Below the pieces are notes generated by a model. It was not told the DNA's origin and searched no databases. It worked only from the letters and a program-made list of their open reading frames with translations. Below, piece by piece: positions 24,986 to 39,128 of a stretch of DNA of 64,000 nucleotides; positions within the stretch are counted from its first letter, which is position 1, and each line of letters starts with the position of its first letter. Origin of the DNA: Okamejei kenojei (taxonomy: Eukaryota). The translations under genes were made by a program, and so were the position numbers. The DNA is taken from assembly GCA_035221665.1 (NCBI GenBank), contig CM069142.1, positions 6,014,001 to 6,078,000 of the forward strand. Direction: 5' to 3'.

Positions 24986-26021
24986 GTACATGTTTATTGA
25001 GTTACTGTTTCTTACCTACACATTTATTGAACGACAGTCTATTTTATATTTCACTGAAAAATTAGTTACACATTTTGAAATTAATAAAGTTTGCAAGACT
25101 GAAAAGATCAGGTTTTTTTTTAAGTGCATAACATTTTGCACAGTTACCATTTCCCAGGGCACCTATTGGGACATATAATCAAATAATGAAGATAGGTTCC
25201 ACTAACTTTAAAACAAAATGCAGCATGTGATCTTGATTGCTTTTCTCTCGTTCTGCTCAAACTGCAGAGAAGTTTTTAACATGGGAAACTTTATCAAATC
25301 TGCATTCTGAACTGACACCATAGTCTTTTCTGTGGCAGTGAGCTAGCTCTGGTCACCCAATATATATTAACTGAGGAAGATAATACTTGGATTCCCAGTC
25401 TAGTCTATGCAATATCAATGTTATGATAGTGTTTTCTTGGTGGCAGGTGGGGTGCTGATTTGGAAGTGTTATTGAAGAATTAATTTCACAAACTTTTGCA
25501 TCGCCAATTCTGCTATTTCGGACTCATCTCGACACTTACTAAAAAATGGTTTTGTATCAAACAGGAGGCACACAGATGTTAGAAGATAAGTAACAATTTA
25601 ATTCAAAGCTTTTACACGTTTTTAATTGCCAGCATCAGTAACTGATTCCTTCAACATTTTAGTTGATATTTGATTTATTAGGCATAAAGCAATAGAGTAA
25701 TAAAAAACCTTAATAGCAGAAGCCATACATTTTGCAGAGAATAAACCTTGCTTTATCTTTATAATTATATAGAACTTAGAAATCCAGGTGTTTTTATGCT
25801 GCCTCAATAAAATTATTTTAAATATTGGAAGATTTCTACTACTGCTCTCATAGAATTTTCAATGGCACAAAATAGTGGTAAATTGTGTTTCCACTTTAAA
25901 AATATTATAAGGTAGACACTTGACCACACCAACAAAGGTCACACAATTCCCCTCACTTCACCTCATAAATAATTAGCTAATTAGCTCCCGAAACCATAGC
26001 AACTCTTTTCAGCCTTCAGAT

Positions 26022-27013
26022 CAGGGGTCAGCAACCTACAGCCCCCGGGCCGAATGCGACCCGTAACTCGAAATCATCCGGCCCGCTGGCTTTTTTTTCT
26101 GCAGTCAACCGGCCCGCGGTCATGTATTTTTTTCCCCGCACCTAGTTGGATTGGCGGGCTCTGTTCCACTGATCTAAAAGTGCAGTTGCATTTGCAGCGC
26201 CTGCAGTGTCTGATGCTCAGCGCGCCCCGGAACCATTCCGGCCAGCAGGCGGTTTTTTTTTTCCCGCATCAAGTTGGATTGGTGGGCGCTGTTCCACTAT
26301 TTTTGATACAATCCTATTTGCTGATACACAAAAAAAAAAAAAAAAAAATCATGACTGATGTAATCACACGAACAGGACAAAAGGCGGACCTAGAACAAGC
26401 GCAGAAAGTGAGCATGCCAAAACTAGGGCGAGTCCCCAGGGCTGGAAGACAACAGCTTTCCTCCGAAGCAACAGCGACAGTGGCCATCCACTGTGGTGCA
26501 GTTGGCCGAGCAATGCCACTCTCGTAACGACTACTCCGCAGAACCTGCCACGCCTTCAACCCTGGAAATGTGTGAAGTGGGAATCAGCTGTAAAAGAGCA
26601 GCACCGCTGGGGGGGGGGGGGGGGGGGAGTTCCTTTCCACAGCGTGTGGGGAGTCTGGCCCGGGTCAGCGCGGTCTGGGCTGCACAAAGTAGCAAACTTG
26701 GCTGGGTTGCCAGAGGTAAAGTTGCGGGGAGGGCAGGAGCGTTGAAGAGGAGGGGGTCGAAGGAGCCAGACGCGGTGTCATTCAGCACAGGGGCGTGGTG
26801 GTTGGTGGGTAGCTACTGGGCGGAAAGCTGCATGCTCCGACCCGGGCTCTCTCTCTCTCTCTCCCCCGTTATGTGATCTCCCTGAGCCAGGATGTCCCCG
26901 TCCCTCAGACCTGACCCGCACAGCGCATTGTATAAATAGATATATCAACGTTTATTTGATGAGGCCCTCCAACCGCTCATAGACATGGTACCCGGCCCCT
27001 ATGCCGACCCCTG
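26022..27013. mobile_element. Non-autonomous hAT/Charlie DNA transposon
   Basis: TIRs CAGGGGTCAGCA...TGCCGACCCCTG; 8-bp TSD CTTCAGAT / CTTTAGAT; no transposase ORF. Confidence 0.88.
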
Positions 27014-27617
27014 CTTTAGATACATCTCTCTTAATTGCAGTTTTGATGCAGAGGACTGAACATGTGGAAGAGATAATTTTTGGTGCTAATGTGCAGCCAA
27101 ATTTAATTTTTCTCAGTACAAACTACTTAGAAAAATGAATTGTATGCAACCCAAGGTTCATTGGTTTATTTTGTGTTCAATATAATACAGTGCAAAGATT
27201 GCACTTTGTTCAAGTCATTACATTTTAATAAATCCAAGTTTTGACAGACATTTTGTCTGATGTGCCAGTTTACACAGTAAGAAACACTATGTTTGAAAAT
27301 GTAAACGATTATACAGGTTTTACTGATTTGCATTGCAAGTTTGTCTTAACATCATTGGGTGTACTAAAAGGCCATGATGGCATGACGACTTGATACATTT
27401 TACTGATTTGCTACCCTTTTCTTTGCAATTACCTGGTTTCCGAAACCAAATCAAATTCATCAAATGGTAACTGAATGTGGGTTATGCTGCTACACTGATT
27501 AAACTGGATATAGGTGTTTTAGCATCTTCATAATGGAAGTGTCTGCAAACATACAGCCATTAAATAATTGAGACAAACTTTTTCAACTGAAAGCATATAA
27601 TAGAATCATAGTAATTT

Positions 27618-27945
27618 ATAAGTAAGTAAGTTTGCCAAGTGTTCACATACAAGGAATTTGCCTTGGTGCTCCGCCCACAAGTAACAAGTAACATAGTGAC
27701 AGTTACGAATGACTCAGAAAACACTAAACATTAATAATAATAAAACATTAATGATAAAACACCATTGATTAGGCATGTGAACCAACAAAATACCAGATTA
27801 AAGGGAGGCTACAGATTTTTGGCTGTTGAGTACATGTGGATAAAAACTGTTTTTATGTCTGGCTGTGGCAGCTTTGACAGTCCGGAGTCGCCTTCCAGAG
27901 GGAAGTGATTCAAAGAGTTTGTGGCCAGGGTGAGACGGGTCAGAC
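27618..27945 (-). mobile_element. Rex1 3' end
   Basis: SDPSHPGHKLFESLPSGRRLRTVKAATARHKNSF and 3'UTR, near-identical to 58110-58400. Confidence 0.88.
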
Positions 27946-29179
27946 ACCAGTAAGTCCCCGTCCTGGTCTACACCAGTAAACCAGGTTACATGGCCGTTCA
28001 TGTTAATGCTGGCCAATGAAAATCTATTTATACTAAACCTACATTTTGGATCTTAGCCCAGAATGCTATATATCAAGTGCTCATGCAGAAACATTTTTTT
28101 TAAATGTAATAATGTTTTCTACCATAATAAATCTTTCATGCAATGTTCCAAACCCCTAGTAGTCTTGGGATGATATCTCCCCCCAACTTCCCTGTAATCC
28201 TTTCTAACCTTAAATCTTACCTTAAATTTAAGCACTATAATTAGAAAGTTTTACAAGAGAGGGATTTTTATAAAGTCTTGACCTCAAATAAATTAATACA
28301 CCTTGATAAAATCTTCACTCAGCTTCCTCAATTCCTGTAAGAAATATCCACACCCAGGCTTTCCTCGGAAGTGGAATTCTCTAGCCCTCACTCTCTAATA
28401 ATTACTGCAGGGTCTCTATCGCAGCTTTCTATAACGTGATCAATACTGTGTAAAGTAATCCAACCACTGGTGGACTAACTGGCAAGTTGTATATCATTTC
28501 AATTCTTACTCTAAAGTAAGCGGATGGATGCATTTTAGTTGGGATTTTTTGTTGTTGACCTTTATCATTACTGGAAGAAGTGCTGCATGCATGCATACAA
28601 GCTTACTCCATATGTACACTGGAATAAAAGGAAAAGCAAGCCATTCAACACCTCACATCTGCTCCACCATTCAATATTATGGCTGACGTTTTACATCAAT
28701 GCAATTTTCTCCCCAACCCCGCATCCCTCAATTCATTTAATATTCATAAACTATAATCTACTCTAGGAATAGACTCAGCACCTGAGCCAACACATATCTC
28801 TTAGGTAGAGAATTCCAGAAATTCATGTACCCAAGTAGAAATGTATTTTCATCTCAGTCCTGAAAGGTCAACCTGTTTTGTAGAGAATTCCAGAGTTCCT
28901 AGCTAAGGGAAACATTACCCTTGCATCTATTTGGTCAAGACCAATAAGAATATTGCACGTTTCAATGAGATTAATTTGAACCTAATATATAGAAACTCTT
29001 AAATGTAATAAACCCCACTCTCCTGTAGATATGCACAAATCCTAATATTCTCCGTTAAATGTGGAAGTCAGAGGGTTGGAATCAAAAAAATAGATTTGTA
29101 TGGTTATAACTAGCCATCCACATTCATACACTTCTTGTTAAAATTCAGATGGAGAAATAAATTCCACCACGGGGGAAAT

Positions 29180-29705
29180 GGTACCAATGTTACAGTTGTA
29201 CAAGATATTGATGAGGCTACACTTGGATATTGTGTTCGGTTTTGGTCACCCTGCTATAGGAAAGATGCCATTAAGTCAGAAAGAGTGCAGAATGATATAC
29301 AAGAATGTTGCCTCAACTCGAGGGCCTGAGCTATAGGGACAGGTTGAGCAAGCTAGGACTTTATTCCTTGGAGATGTCTCATGATTTTATAATCCTCTTA
29401 TAGAGATGTATAAAACCAAGAGGGGAATAGATTAGGTGAATGCTCAGAGTCTTTTTCCTAGGGTAGGGGAAACAAGATCTAGACGACATAGGTTTAACGT
29501 GAGAGGGGAAGTTTAATGTGAACCTGAGGGATAACTTTTTCCACACAGATGGTGGTGGGTATGTGAAATGTGCTGCCAAAGGAAGTGGTAGTGGCAGTAC
29601 AATAACACTTTTCAAAGTTGTTTAAATATGTATATGGATCGAAAATATTTAGAGGGATATGGATCGAACATAGGCAATGATTCAATCATCATCATAGTCA
29701 GCATG
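29180..29705 (+). mobile_element. CR1 3' part (its tail resumes at ~36013-36050)
   Basis: LGYCVRFWSPCYRKDAIKSERVQ and CR1 3' region, cut at CATCATAGTCAGCATG. The terminal GGGCCGAGGG..GTTTT..CCGTATGGCTCT follows 36012. Confidence 0.75.
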
Positions 29706-30850
29706 ACAATAGACAATAGGTGCAGGAGGAGGCCATTCAGCCCTTCGAGCCAGCACCACCAATCAATGTGTTCATGTATCTGATCATCCCCAATCAGTAC
29801 CCCGTTCCTGCCTTCTCCCCATATACCCTTACTCTGCTATCTTTAAGAGGCCTATCTAGCCCTCTCTTGAAAGCATCCAGAGATCCGGCCTCCACCTGAG
29901 GCAGAGAATTCCACAGATTCACAACTCTCTGTTTCTGGACTCCCCCAACATAGGGAACACGTTTCCTGCCTCTAGCGTGTCCAAACCCTTAATCATCTCA
30001 TATGTTTCAATAAGATCCCCTCTCATCCTTCTAAACTCCAGAGTGTACAAGCCCAGCCGCTCCATTCACTCAGCATCTGGCAGTCCCGCCATCCCGGGAA
30101 TTAACCTTGTAAACCTATGCTGCACTCTCTCAATGGCAAAAATGTTCTTCCTCAAATTAGGGGACCAAAACTGCACACAATACTCAAGGTGTGGTCTCAC
30201 TAGGGCCATGTACAACTGCAGAATGACCTTTTTGCTCCTATACTCAACTCGTCTTCTTATGAAGGCCACCATGCCATTCACTTTCTTCACTGCCTGCTTA
30301 CTTTCATTGACCGATGAACAAGGACTTCCCCTTTTCCCAACTTGACACCGTTTAGATAATAATCTGCCTTCCTATTTTTGCTACCAAAGTGGATAAAACA
30401 TCACACTTATCCACATTAAACTGCATCTGCCCACTCCCCCAACCTGTCCAAGTCACCCTGCATTCTCATAGCATCCTCCTCACAGTTCACACTGCCACCC
30501 AGCTTTGTGTCATCTGCAAATTCGCTAATGTTTCTTTGAATCCCTTCATCTAAATCATTGATGTATATTGTAAATAGCTGCAGTCCCAGCACCGAGCCTT
30601 GTGGTACCACACTAGTCACTGCCTGCCATTCTGAAAGTGACCCGTTAATCCCTACGCTTTGTTTCCTGTCTGCCATCCAATTTTCTATCCATGTCAGCAC
30701 TCTACCCCCAATACAATGTGCCCTAATTTTGCCCACTAATCTCCCATGTGGGACCTTAACAAATGTTTTCTCTAAGTCCAGGTACACTACATCCACTGGC
30801 TCTCCCTTGTCCATTTTCCTAGTTACATCCTCAAATAATTCCAGTAGATT
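29706..30850 (-). mobile_element. CR1/HER1 LINE, 3' segment (left of L1 insertion)
   Basis: DVVYLD, VPQGSVLG, FADDTK, LVRPHLEYCVQFWSP; (CTATTGT)n tail at 29706. Confidence 0.92.
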
Positions 30851-33800
30851 GACTTCCGGTGGCGCTAATGGTGGAGTAGGGTGAGTGCCAGCTAGCTCCA
30901 TGTGAAAAAAACAAAAAAAAACGGGAATTAAATAAAGAACTGACCTGCAGAAATCGCTCCGGCAGCCTGCGTGACGTCATCAGACCGCGACTCTGGAGAC
31001 CTAATGTCGGTAGCACGCTCGCCCACAAAGGAACCGACTAAAAAAAAATTACAAGAGGAAAACAACCGAAGGAGGAAGTAGGCCCGATTGAAGCCTCGGG
31101 CTCAGTTTTAACGTCGTCCCAGGAGGACGTCTCAATGGCCCAGAAGACAAAGATAAAGAAAAATGAAATGGACGAACTTCGCAACTTCATCACAAAGGAA
31201 ATTGCAAGTATAAAAGAAGAATTGATAAGCTTTAAAAATGAATTGAATATTAAAGAAATACTGAAAAGTCTTCAAAAAGAGATAAAGAAGACTTCTTAGA
31301 GTTTGAAAATATAATGACTAATCTTGTGCGTGTGAAACTGACTAATATGAAGGAGGAAATGTCAGTAAATTTCGACTCACAAATCAATGAAGTAAACGAG
31401 AAAATTAAGTCGAATGAAACCAACTTTAATGATAAACTGGAGTCGACCTTCACTACAATGCATCAACAAATGGGGGAGCAAGCTGACGCCATAACTCACT
31501 TGGAAGAAACTACAGAGACACTCCTTGCCGAAAACAAGCGTTTATCAGATTTACTGCATAAAGTAACTGAAAAATGTATTGAATTAGAGGGCCGTCAGAG
31601 AAGATAGAATTTATAAATTGTGGGTGCTCGTGAGGGCAAAAAAGGAAATAAAGATCTACGTGACTTTGCCGCAGACTTATTAAAAAAAGTCTTGAATTTA
31701 GATCAAAAGCCCTTATCAGGGCGGGAACACATAGTTCTTGGATGTCGCTCGGGGACGCCCCCCCCCCCCGAGGCAGCGAAGGTCCAATACGATCATGTTT
31801 TGGAGGATATCATGAAAAAAATTGCTGGCACAAGAAATCTTATGCTTGATGGAGACAAAATCAGCATATTTCGAGATTACCCTGCAGAGGTGGTCAGAAG
31901 GAGAGCGTATTCAACGAGACAAGAGGGATTCTAAAGAAGATAGACAACTTGAAATACGGATTGCTGTACCCTGCAAGATTGAGAGTCACTTATCTGCAGA
32001 AGGAACAGTTTTTCACTGATCACAAGAAAGCATTGGCGTATGCCCAGAAGATAGTGGGTTCGAGTGAGGACTGAATAACATTCATATAATATCGTCATCT
32101 TGCTGAGAATAAATGGAACTTTAATTCGCTTTATTCAAGGCCTAATGAAAGCTGATAATGACAACTGTGCAGTCCCTCCTGTTATGGACATATAATTCTA
32201 ATATTTTAGTACTAATTTTTACTAACAATTACTAATCATTAAAAACACTTGTTCTTATTTTTGGAATAATTAGTTAAAAAAGTGAAATGTAAAAAAAGGT
32301 ATAATTTAGATATCTTATTAATTGGAATTTGTTATGTTCTTCCTTTTTTTACATCAGACTAACACTTGACTAATAATTAACTAAGAGAGTAATAGTCTCT
32401 CACTATATGATTACTAACACTCTGGACCAAAATAGTTTTAATTTAATCCCGTAAATTACTCATATTCAATTTTTTTTTAAAGCGTGGAGCTAGGAATATA
32501 TATTTTTTAATCTACGGAAGTCCTTAGATGGTCAGCCACGTTAGTGTGGCTAGCACTAACTACACTAAATTTAGATGTAGTTTCCTTTTCCTTCTTACAC
32601 TTTATTAATTTTTTATTTTTTTACTTTTTGTATTTTTTACTTAATTACTATTTTAAACTTGAATTAATTTACAAATATTATTTGTGGAGATGTGTCCGTG
32701 AGGAAGATTTATTTGAATTAGATTTACAACTCATCTGTCCTGTGTTCGGGTGGAATGTCGGGTTTACGGTGCTGAGCTATCTGCTCTTTTATAGACCACC
32801 CTAACCACAAGATACAAGACGTAAATAGAAAAAACGGGGGTCAAGGAATTACTTTTTGTAGTTGGAATGTTAAGGGAATTAATGAGTCAATCAAGAGAGG
32901 TAAGGTATTAGCACACTTAAAATCACTCAAAGCAGACATAACTTTTCTTCAAGAGACCCACCTTAAAAACGACGCTCAACATAGATTGAAAGCAAAATGG
33001 ATCGCTGAAACATATCACTCTTCATTCTCTCATAAGGCCGGAGGTGTCGCAATTTTAATTCGTAAAGGTATACCTTTTAAACACATATCAACTGTAGCGG
33101 ACATCAATGGTAGATATATTATACTAGTGGGTGTATATTAAAAAAAAGTGATTTTTCTCAATGTTTATGGACCAAATTTTGATAATCCTATGTTTTTTAA
33201 GAATATACTTAATACTATCCCGGAGCTCACACAACATAATTTGATAATCGGTGGAGATTTAAATTGTTCACGAGATTCCTATCTCGATAGATCATCAAGA
33301 CAAAGAAAAGCAAAATCCAAGACAAGCGAATTATTAAACTCATACATTAATACCACCAATATCAAGGATGTTTGGAGAATTGAAAACCCATCTGGAAGGC
33401 AATACTCATTTTACTCATCAGTGCATAAAACCTATTCAAGGATAGACTACTTTTTAGTAGATTCTAAATTTATCCCATTTACTTATAATTCGAAATATCA
33501 TAACATTATAATTTCGGACCATGCTCCTTTAACATTTATGATCAAACTAAGTGGAATGACTGATAAGCAGACACAATGGAGACTTAATCCTCAAATTTTA
33601 AATGATAAAGCATGTTACGAATATCTTATCAAACAGATAAATGTTTTTTTGAGACAAATGACTGCCCTGAAATTTCTGCCTCCCTTCTTTGGGAAACATT
33701 TAAAGCATTTATACGAGGAAGGTTAATCTCCGCACAAGCCTTTCGTAATAAAGGGAACCGCGCCAAACAACTGGTATTGGAAATGGAAATAACGCAATTA

Positions 33801-35154
33801 GATATGGAAAATGCAATCGCGCCTTCTATGATAATACATAATAAATTTGCTGCACTCAAATATAAGTTAAACCAAATATACTCAGACCAAATCATAAAAT
33901 TTGATCAAAAGACTAAACAGTTACACTTTGAATTTGGTGATAAACCACAAAAATTACTAGCACGCCAACTCCGGAAACAGGAAGGGGAAAAAACAATATA
34001 TAAAATTAAATCAGATACGGGAGAAATATTAACATTACCCAAGGATATTAATGATAGATTCTCTCACTACTTACCATCAAACACTTTACTCAACCATAAT
34101 GGCAGTGGGTTCTGCAGGAATGGAATTATTCTTACAGAATTGTAACCTTACCGGTTTAGACATGAAAGAGAGGGAATTATTAGGGGCCGAAATATACTCA
34201 AGCATTCATGCAACATAAACTCCCAGAAACTTACTTATATCAAAAACGGATAAGGACCTTGAAGACCCAGGTTCATATAGAGCAATTGCACTCTTAAACA
34301 CCGATCAGAAAATAATAACCAAAATTTTAGCATAGATTAAGCTTAATGATTCATAAATTAATACACCCCTATGAAACTGGCTTTATTCCAAAACATTATT
34401 CATATTATAATCTGAGACGATTATTTAACATTATATACTCAAATCGAATAGCTAATGTAGATTTAGCAGTCATTTCGCTAGATGCTGAGAAAGCATTCAA
34501 TCAAGTTGAATGGCCCTATTTATTTTCGGTGATGGAACATTTTCAAATAGGTGAGAAGTTTTGTACTTGGGTTAAGCTTCTATATACCAACCCAACAGCC
34601 AGAATAATGACAAATCAAATGTTATCAAAAACAATTGATTTATCTAAAGGTTGTAGACAAGGATGCCCGCTATCCCCGTTACTATTCGCCTTTGCTATTG
34701 AACCACTAGCAGAAAGAGTTTGAGATATTAAATCTGGAAAAAATTAGATTTGTCTTAATTGACAAACCAGAATTATTTACTAGAAATTGGTCTCCGTTCA
34801 TAGATTATTTGAAGGGGTAGAATGGGCCAGCGCTGATACCCGACGGATTCTTGAACCCAGGACTAGATGAATAGTTATGCTTTCTTACCTACGGACCTAT
34901 CTCCTAAGTTGCATTATGGATAGTTTATTCTATTTTTCTAATTTTCTTTTCTTTTTCTTTATTTTTTCTATCTATTAAAAAATAAAAATTAAGAGTCAAT
35001 GTTAATATGTAACCGATAAATGAAGACCCCAGCTACATTGGTAGTGGAGTCCCTGGAATCCTGAATATTTAATATGTAACCGTTTAACAAAGTTTGTAGT
35101 GGTTCGGACTATGATATGTACATGCCTCTATTAAAATTTAACTTTAAAAAAATA
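30851..35154 (+). mobile_element. L1 LINE with 5'UTR, ORF1, ORF2 (APE + partial RT), internally deleted
   Basis: Starts GACTTCCGGTGGCG. ORF1 ~31004-32075 (coiled coil, LEGRQRR, IFRDYP, LLYPARL). ORF2 has SWNVKG, FLQETHL, NVYGPN, GGDLN, YSRIDY, ISDH, SLDAEKAF, QGCPLSP, then jumps to C-terminal LEKIRF. A-rich tail; ~18-bp TSD. Confidence 0.95.
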
Positions 35155-36012
35155 AAAAAATTCCAGAAGATTAGTCAAGCATGATTTCCTCTTCGTAAAT
35201 CCATGCTGACTCGGAATGATCCTGTTACTGCTATCCAAATGTGCTGCTATTTCATCTTTCATGATTGACTTTTATGATTCCCCACCACCAATGTCAGGCT
35301 AACTGGTCTATAATTCCCCGTTTTCTCTCTTAAAAAAGTGGGATAACATTAGCTACCCTCCAATCCACAGAAACTGATCCTGAATCTATAGAACATTGGA
35401 AAATGATCACCAATGCATCCACGATTTCTAGTGCCACTTCCTTAAGTACCTTGGGATGCAGACCATCAGGCCCTGGGGATTTATCAGCCTTCAGTCCCAT
35501 CAGTCTAATCAACACCACTTCCTGCCTAATGTGGATTTCCTTCAGTTCCTCCGTCACCCCAGATCCTCTGGCCACTAGTACATTAGGAAGATTGTTTGTG
35601 TCTTCCTTAGTGAAGAAGGATCCAAAGTATCTGTTCAACTCATCTGCCATTTCCTTGATCCCCATAATAAATTCACCTTTTTCAGTCGTCAAGCGTCCAA
35701 CTTTGGTCTTAACTATTTTTTTCCTCTTCACATACCTAAAGAAGCTTTTACTATTCTCCTTCATATTCTTGGCTAGCTTACCTTCGTACCTCATCTTTTC
35801 TTCCCGTATTGCCTTTAGTTATCTTCTGTTGCTCTTTAAACATTACCCAATCCTCTTGCTTCCCGTTCATCTTTGCTACGTTGTACTTCTCTTTTATTTT
35901 TATACTGTCCCTGACTTCCCTTGTCAGCCACGGTCGCCCCTTACTCCCCTTGGAATCTTTCTTCCTCTTTGGAATGAACTGATCCTGCACCTTCTGTATT
36001 ATTCCCAGAAAT
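35155..36012 (-). mobile_element. CR1/HER1 LINE, 5' segment (right of L1 insertion)
   Basis: PWLTREV, NSKSFFRYVK, KSPGPDGLHPKVLKE, DWRVANVIPLF; collinear with 29706-30850. Confidence 0.92.
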
Positions 36013-36351
36013 AGTATGGGCCGAGGGTTGTTTTTATACCGTATGGCTCTGCAGCCAGATGATGTGTATCCTGGGAGGCACTTTACATTCGAAGAGGCAA
36101 TAATGCTAACCAGGGCTGGAGACCAATGAATAACTGGACTTATTACAATTTTATTTCACTGGTAAATAGAAATAACACAACCCCAATAAATTTTGAATGG
36201 TTTGTTAAAAAATGTGGTTGACTTCATAAGCACTAATCAATACAATTCCTTTGCTCAATAGCCCTTATTATAATACGCCTATTTGTCAATTTTAATTCCA
36301 GAATCACACGAAAATTATCCAAGCTGATCAAGTACACAAGTTTCACTTCCT

Positions 36352-36615
36352 GTTTAGTTAAGTCTAGAGGTACAGCAAGTCTACTCCGACGAGCTATCTC
36401 TGAACACTAACACTATCCTACGAACACTAGAGACAATTTTATATTCGTACCAAGCCAATTAAACTACAAACCTGTATATCTTTGAAGACTGGGAGAAAAC
36501 CCAGTCTTATGGGGATTAGGGGGAGAACAAACAAATTCATACAGACAAGCACCCATAGTCAGGATTGTCCCTGGTCTGTGGCGCTGTAAGGCAGTAGCTC
36601 TACCGCTACGCCACC
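36352..36615 (-). mobile_element. HE1-like V-SINE
   Basis: Reverse-complement homology to 15876-16222 (GGTGGCGTAGCGGTAGAGCTACTGCCTTACAGCGCC head). Confidence 0.8.
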
Positions 36616-36749
36616 ATATTGTTAATTTCTGGGAGCTATTCATAAGCAGTACAAGTTGGTAAGGAAGATACTATGATATTTTTCCAAGTTGGTATATGAC
36701 TTGCACTTGGCAAGTGCAGTTTAAAGTGGGAAGGAAGACATGCTGTTCA

Positions 36750-37270
36750 GTAAAATGAACATAAAATCTAGATTCCTCTTCTAAATGAAAGATAGCAGAT
36801 AATTATAGGCAAATTGGAAAATATTAGCAGGCAGATATAGAAAGATGGCATTGGAGCTAAATCTGATTACAGTCATAGAGAGAGCAGAGCAAGCACTAAG
36901 AACGCACCCACGAAGAGCCATCTTGCTAATGGTCAGCGAGGTGGCGGCATTGGTATTCCACAATCTGTCTGGATTGGCAGCAACGGGGAATCGTGGTATT
37001 GCATCGGGACGAGTTGAGACCCAGATTCTGGAGTTGAAGGTAAGTTTGGAAGGGACAATGGCTTTGAATACTAAGTTATGGTTGATGAACAACATCCTGT
37101 CCAAGGGATCCAGCACAGAGTGGAAAGCCAGTGAGATCACATCTATTGTGTCAGGTGACGAACTAAAGGTGGTCCAGATCATCACTGGGGCAGGAGTTGA
37201 TTTGTGGCCTAACCAACCTCTTGAAGCACTTCATCACAATGGATGAGACTGCCTCTGTTTGGTAGCCGAT
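36750..37270 (-). mobile_element. Degenerate Rex1 RT fragment
   Basis: RMLFINHNLVFKAIVPSKL and LRGCVLS on the minus strand. Confidence 0.7.
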
Positions 37271-39128
37271 ATAATACAAATGCAGTGTTTCAACATAATT
37301 GAAATATCAGATGTACAGGAAATGATTGCTGGCAATAATAACTCTGTTTAATGAGATTCAAGAAGGGGAGTTGCAGGGCGATACATATATTATAGTAATT
37401 TTTAATTAGAAATTACAAAAGGGACATGGATTAAATTAATAGGTAAAATAGGAGGTCAATGGAATTGAACACGATTGGTGTGTGGTAATGCATTTAGGAT
37501 CTATGAGCTATAAATCACAAGTTTCTATTACATTAAAACGTGTAGAGGAATTATGCGACATCCATGTCTATGTACATAAAGCTAATGGTCAGGCAAAATT
37601 AAAATGAAAAAGGCTGGTTAAATATTCGCCTTCTTATCAAGGAGATGCAGTGCACACAAAGAGAAAGTTATGTTTATTCAGGAGGATCTTGGTCAAAACC
37701 TGGCTGGAATAATACATTGTTTTGAGCAGTACAGGTCATGAAAGATAGACCCACCGCATGGATTCACAAGGATAATACAGGGGCTTAAAAGGTAATTTTG
37801 AAGGAAAATTGCAGAATCTCATTTGATTATTTTCATATGCTGAGGGAAAAAAATTGAGAAGCATGACAGAGTGAAATCGGGGTGATGCACATCCAGATGA
37901 GGAGCATGATTTTAATAAGAGATTCAATTTAGGAATGAAATAAAGAGGACAATTACGCACAGAAGTAGTAATGATGGAAATCGGAAAGCATTCACCCTAA
38001 AGATAATGGATGTTAGACAAATGTATATTTTGAAGACTTAGATCGATAGATTTTTATTAAAAATCTCAAGTTATATACATCAATGTGAGTCACCTATCAG
38101 CCGCAATCTGATTGATCCCGCCTACTATCCAAGGACACTGATGCACGTATACTTTTATGTCTCAATCATATTTCTAATAATATACTTGATGATAATACAT
38201 GCTGAAGCACATTCTCCACCAATGCCACCTTTGTATCTTACCACTTGATCATCAATATATTTATAAAAATTGCACATAATATTTCTTGCACCACTTCGTA
38301 TTTCTCACTGCAGTTTGAGAAAAAACAGCTGAGAACACAGTACACAATCACGATTAATCTTCTCCTGAAAGCTAATGAATATCTAAGGAAATGGGGAAAT
38401 TCTATATTTAAGAACATGAATAGCAGCAGGTGTAGATCATATGATTACTCATACTGCCCTGCCACTCAGTAAAAGAATGAAAGATCTGATTATTAAACTT
38501 AACTCCATTTTGCGGCCTGATCCCATAACCCTCGATTTCCCTACAGACCCGGAATCTATTATAGCTTGCAATATATTTATACTCAAAAAGCACGTTACTG
38601 ATGCAACTCCAGCTGGATTATCCCAGCAATCATTAAAAATAAGTCTCACAAATTGAAAAAAAAAAATTAAGATTATGAAAGAAAATGTATTTCCGTAAAC
38701 AGCAAATGCTAATAATGCGCTCACTGCAGATTTCAAGGACTGCGCTCCACAAAAGTGTTTCCGTCTCTGTAACAATTTCACTATTCAATGATCTTTGCTG
38801 TCAGGCATCAACTTGACAGATCCTTTACATCTAGTCACATTAAACTATTCTCACCCAAAGCAAACCATGAGAGAAAAGAACAATCTGAAATAATATTTTA
38901 AATATGTGGTATTAAAAGACTGTGTCTTGTGTACTAGATTAAAGAATGTACTCAAATATTATAAAATAAATATTGAACTCCCTTAGAATTTTGATATATG
39001 TTGAAAATCACAATATCTACAAGCTTTCTTTTTCAAATTAAGGCCTGTTGCTAAACAAGTATGATTCCATACAAAATTAAAAACCAAGACTTCAAACATC
39101 AATGTGCAAGAATGTAACAGGATTGGTA

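Noticed and set aside
26054-26876. ORFs inside the hAT element as a transposase
   Set aside because: No BED finger or hAT catalytic motifs; the element is under 1 kb and non-autonomous.
38449-38890. Possible extra POU2F1 exon (ORF 38449-38781, acceptor-like site at ~38885)
   Set aside because: No convincing donor, stops after the acceptor-like site, and no similarity to Oct-1.
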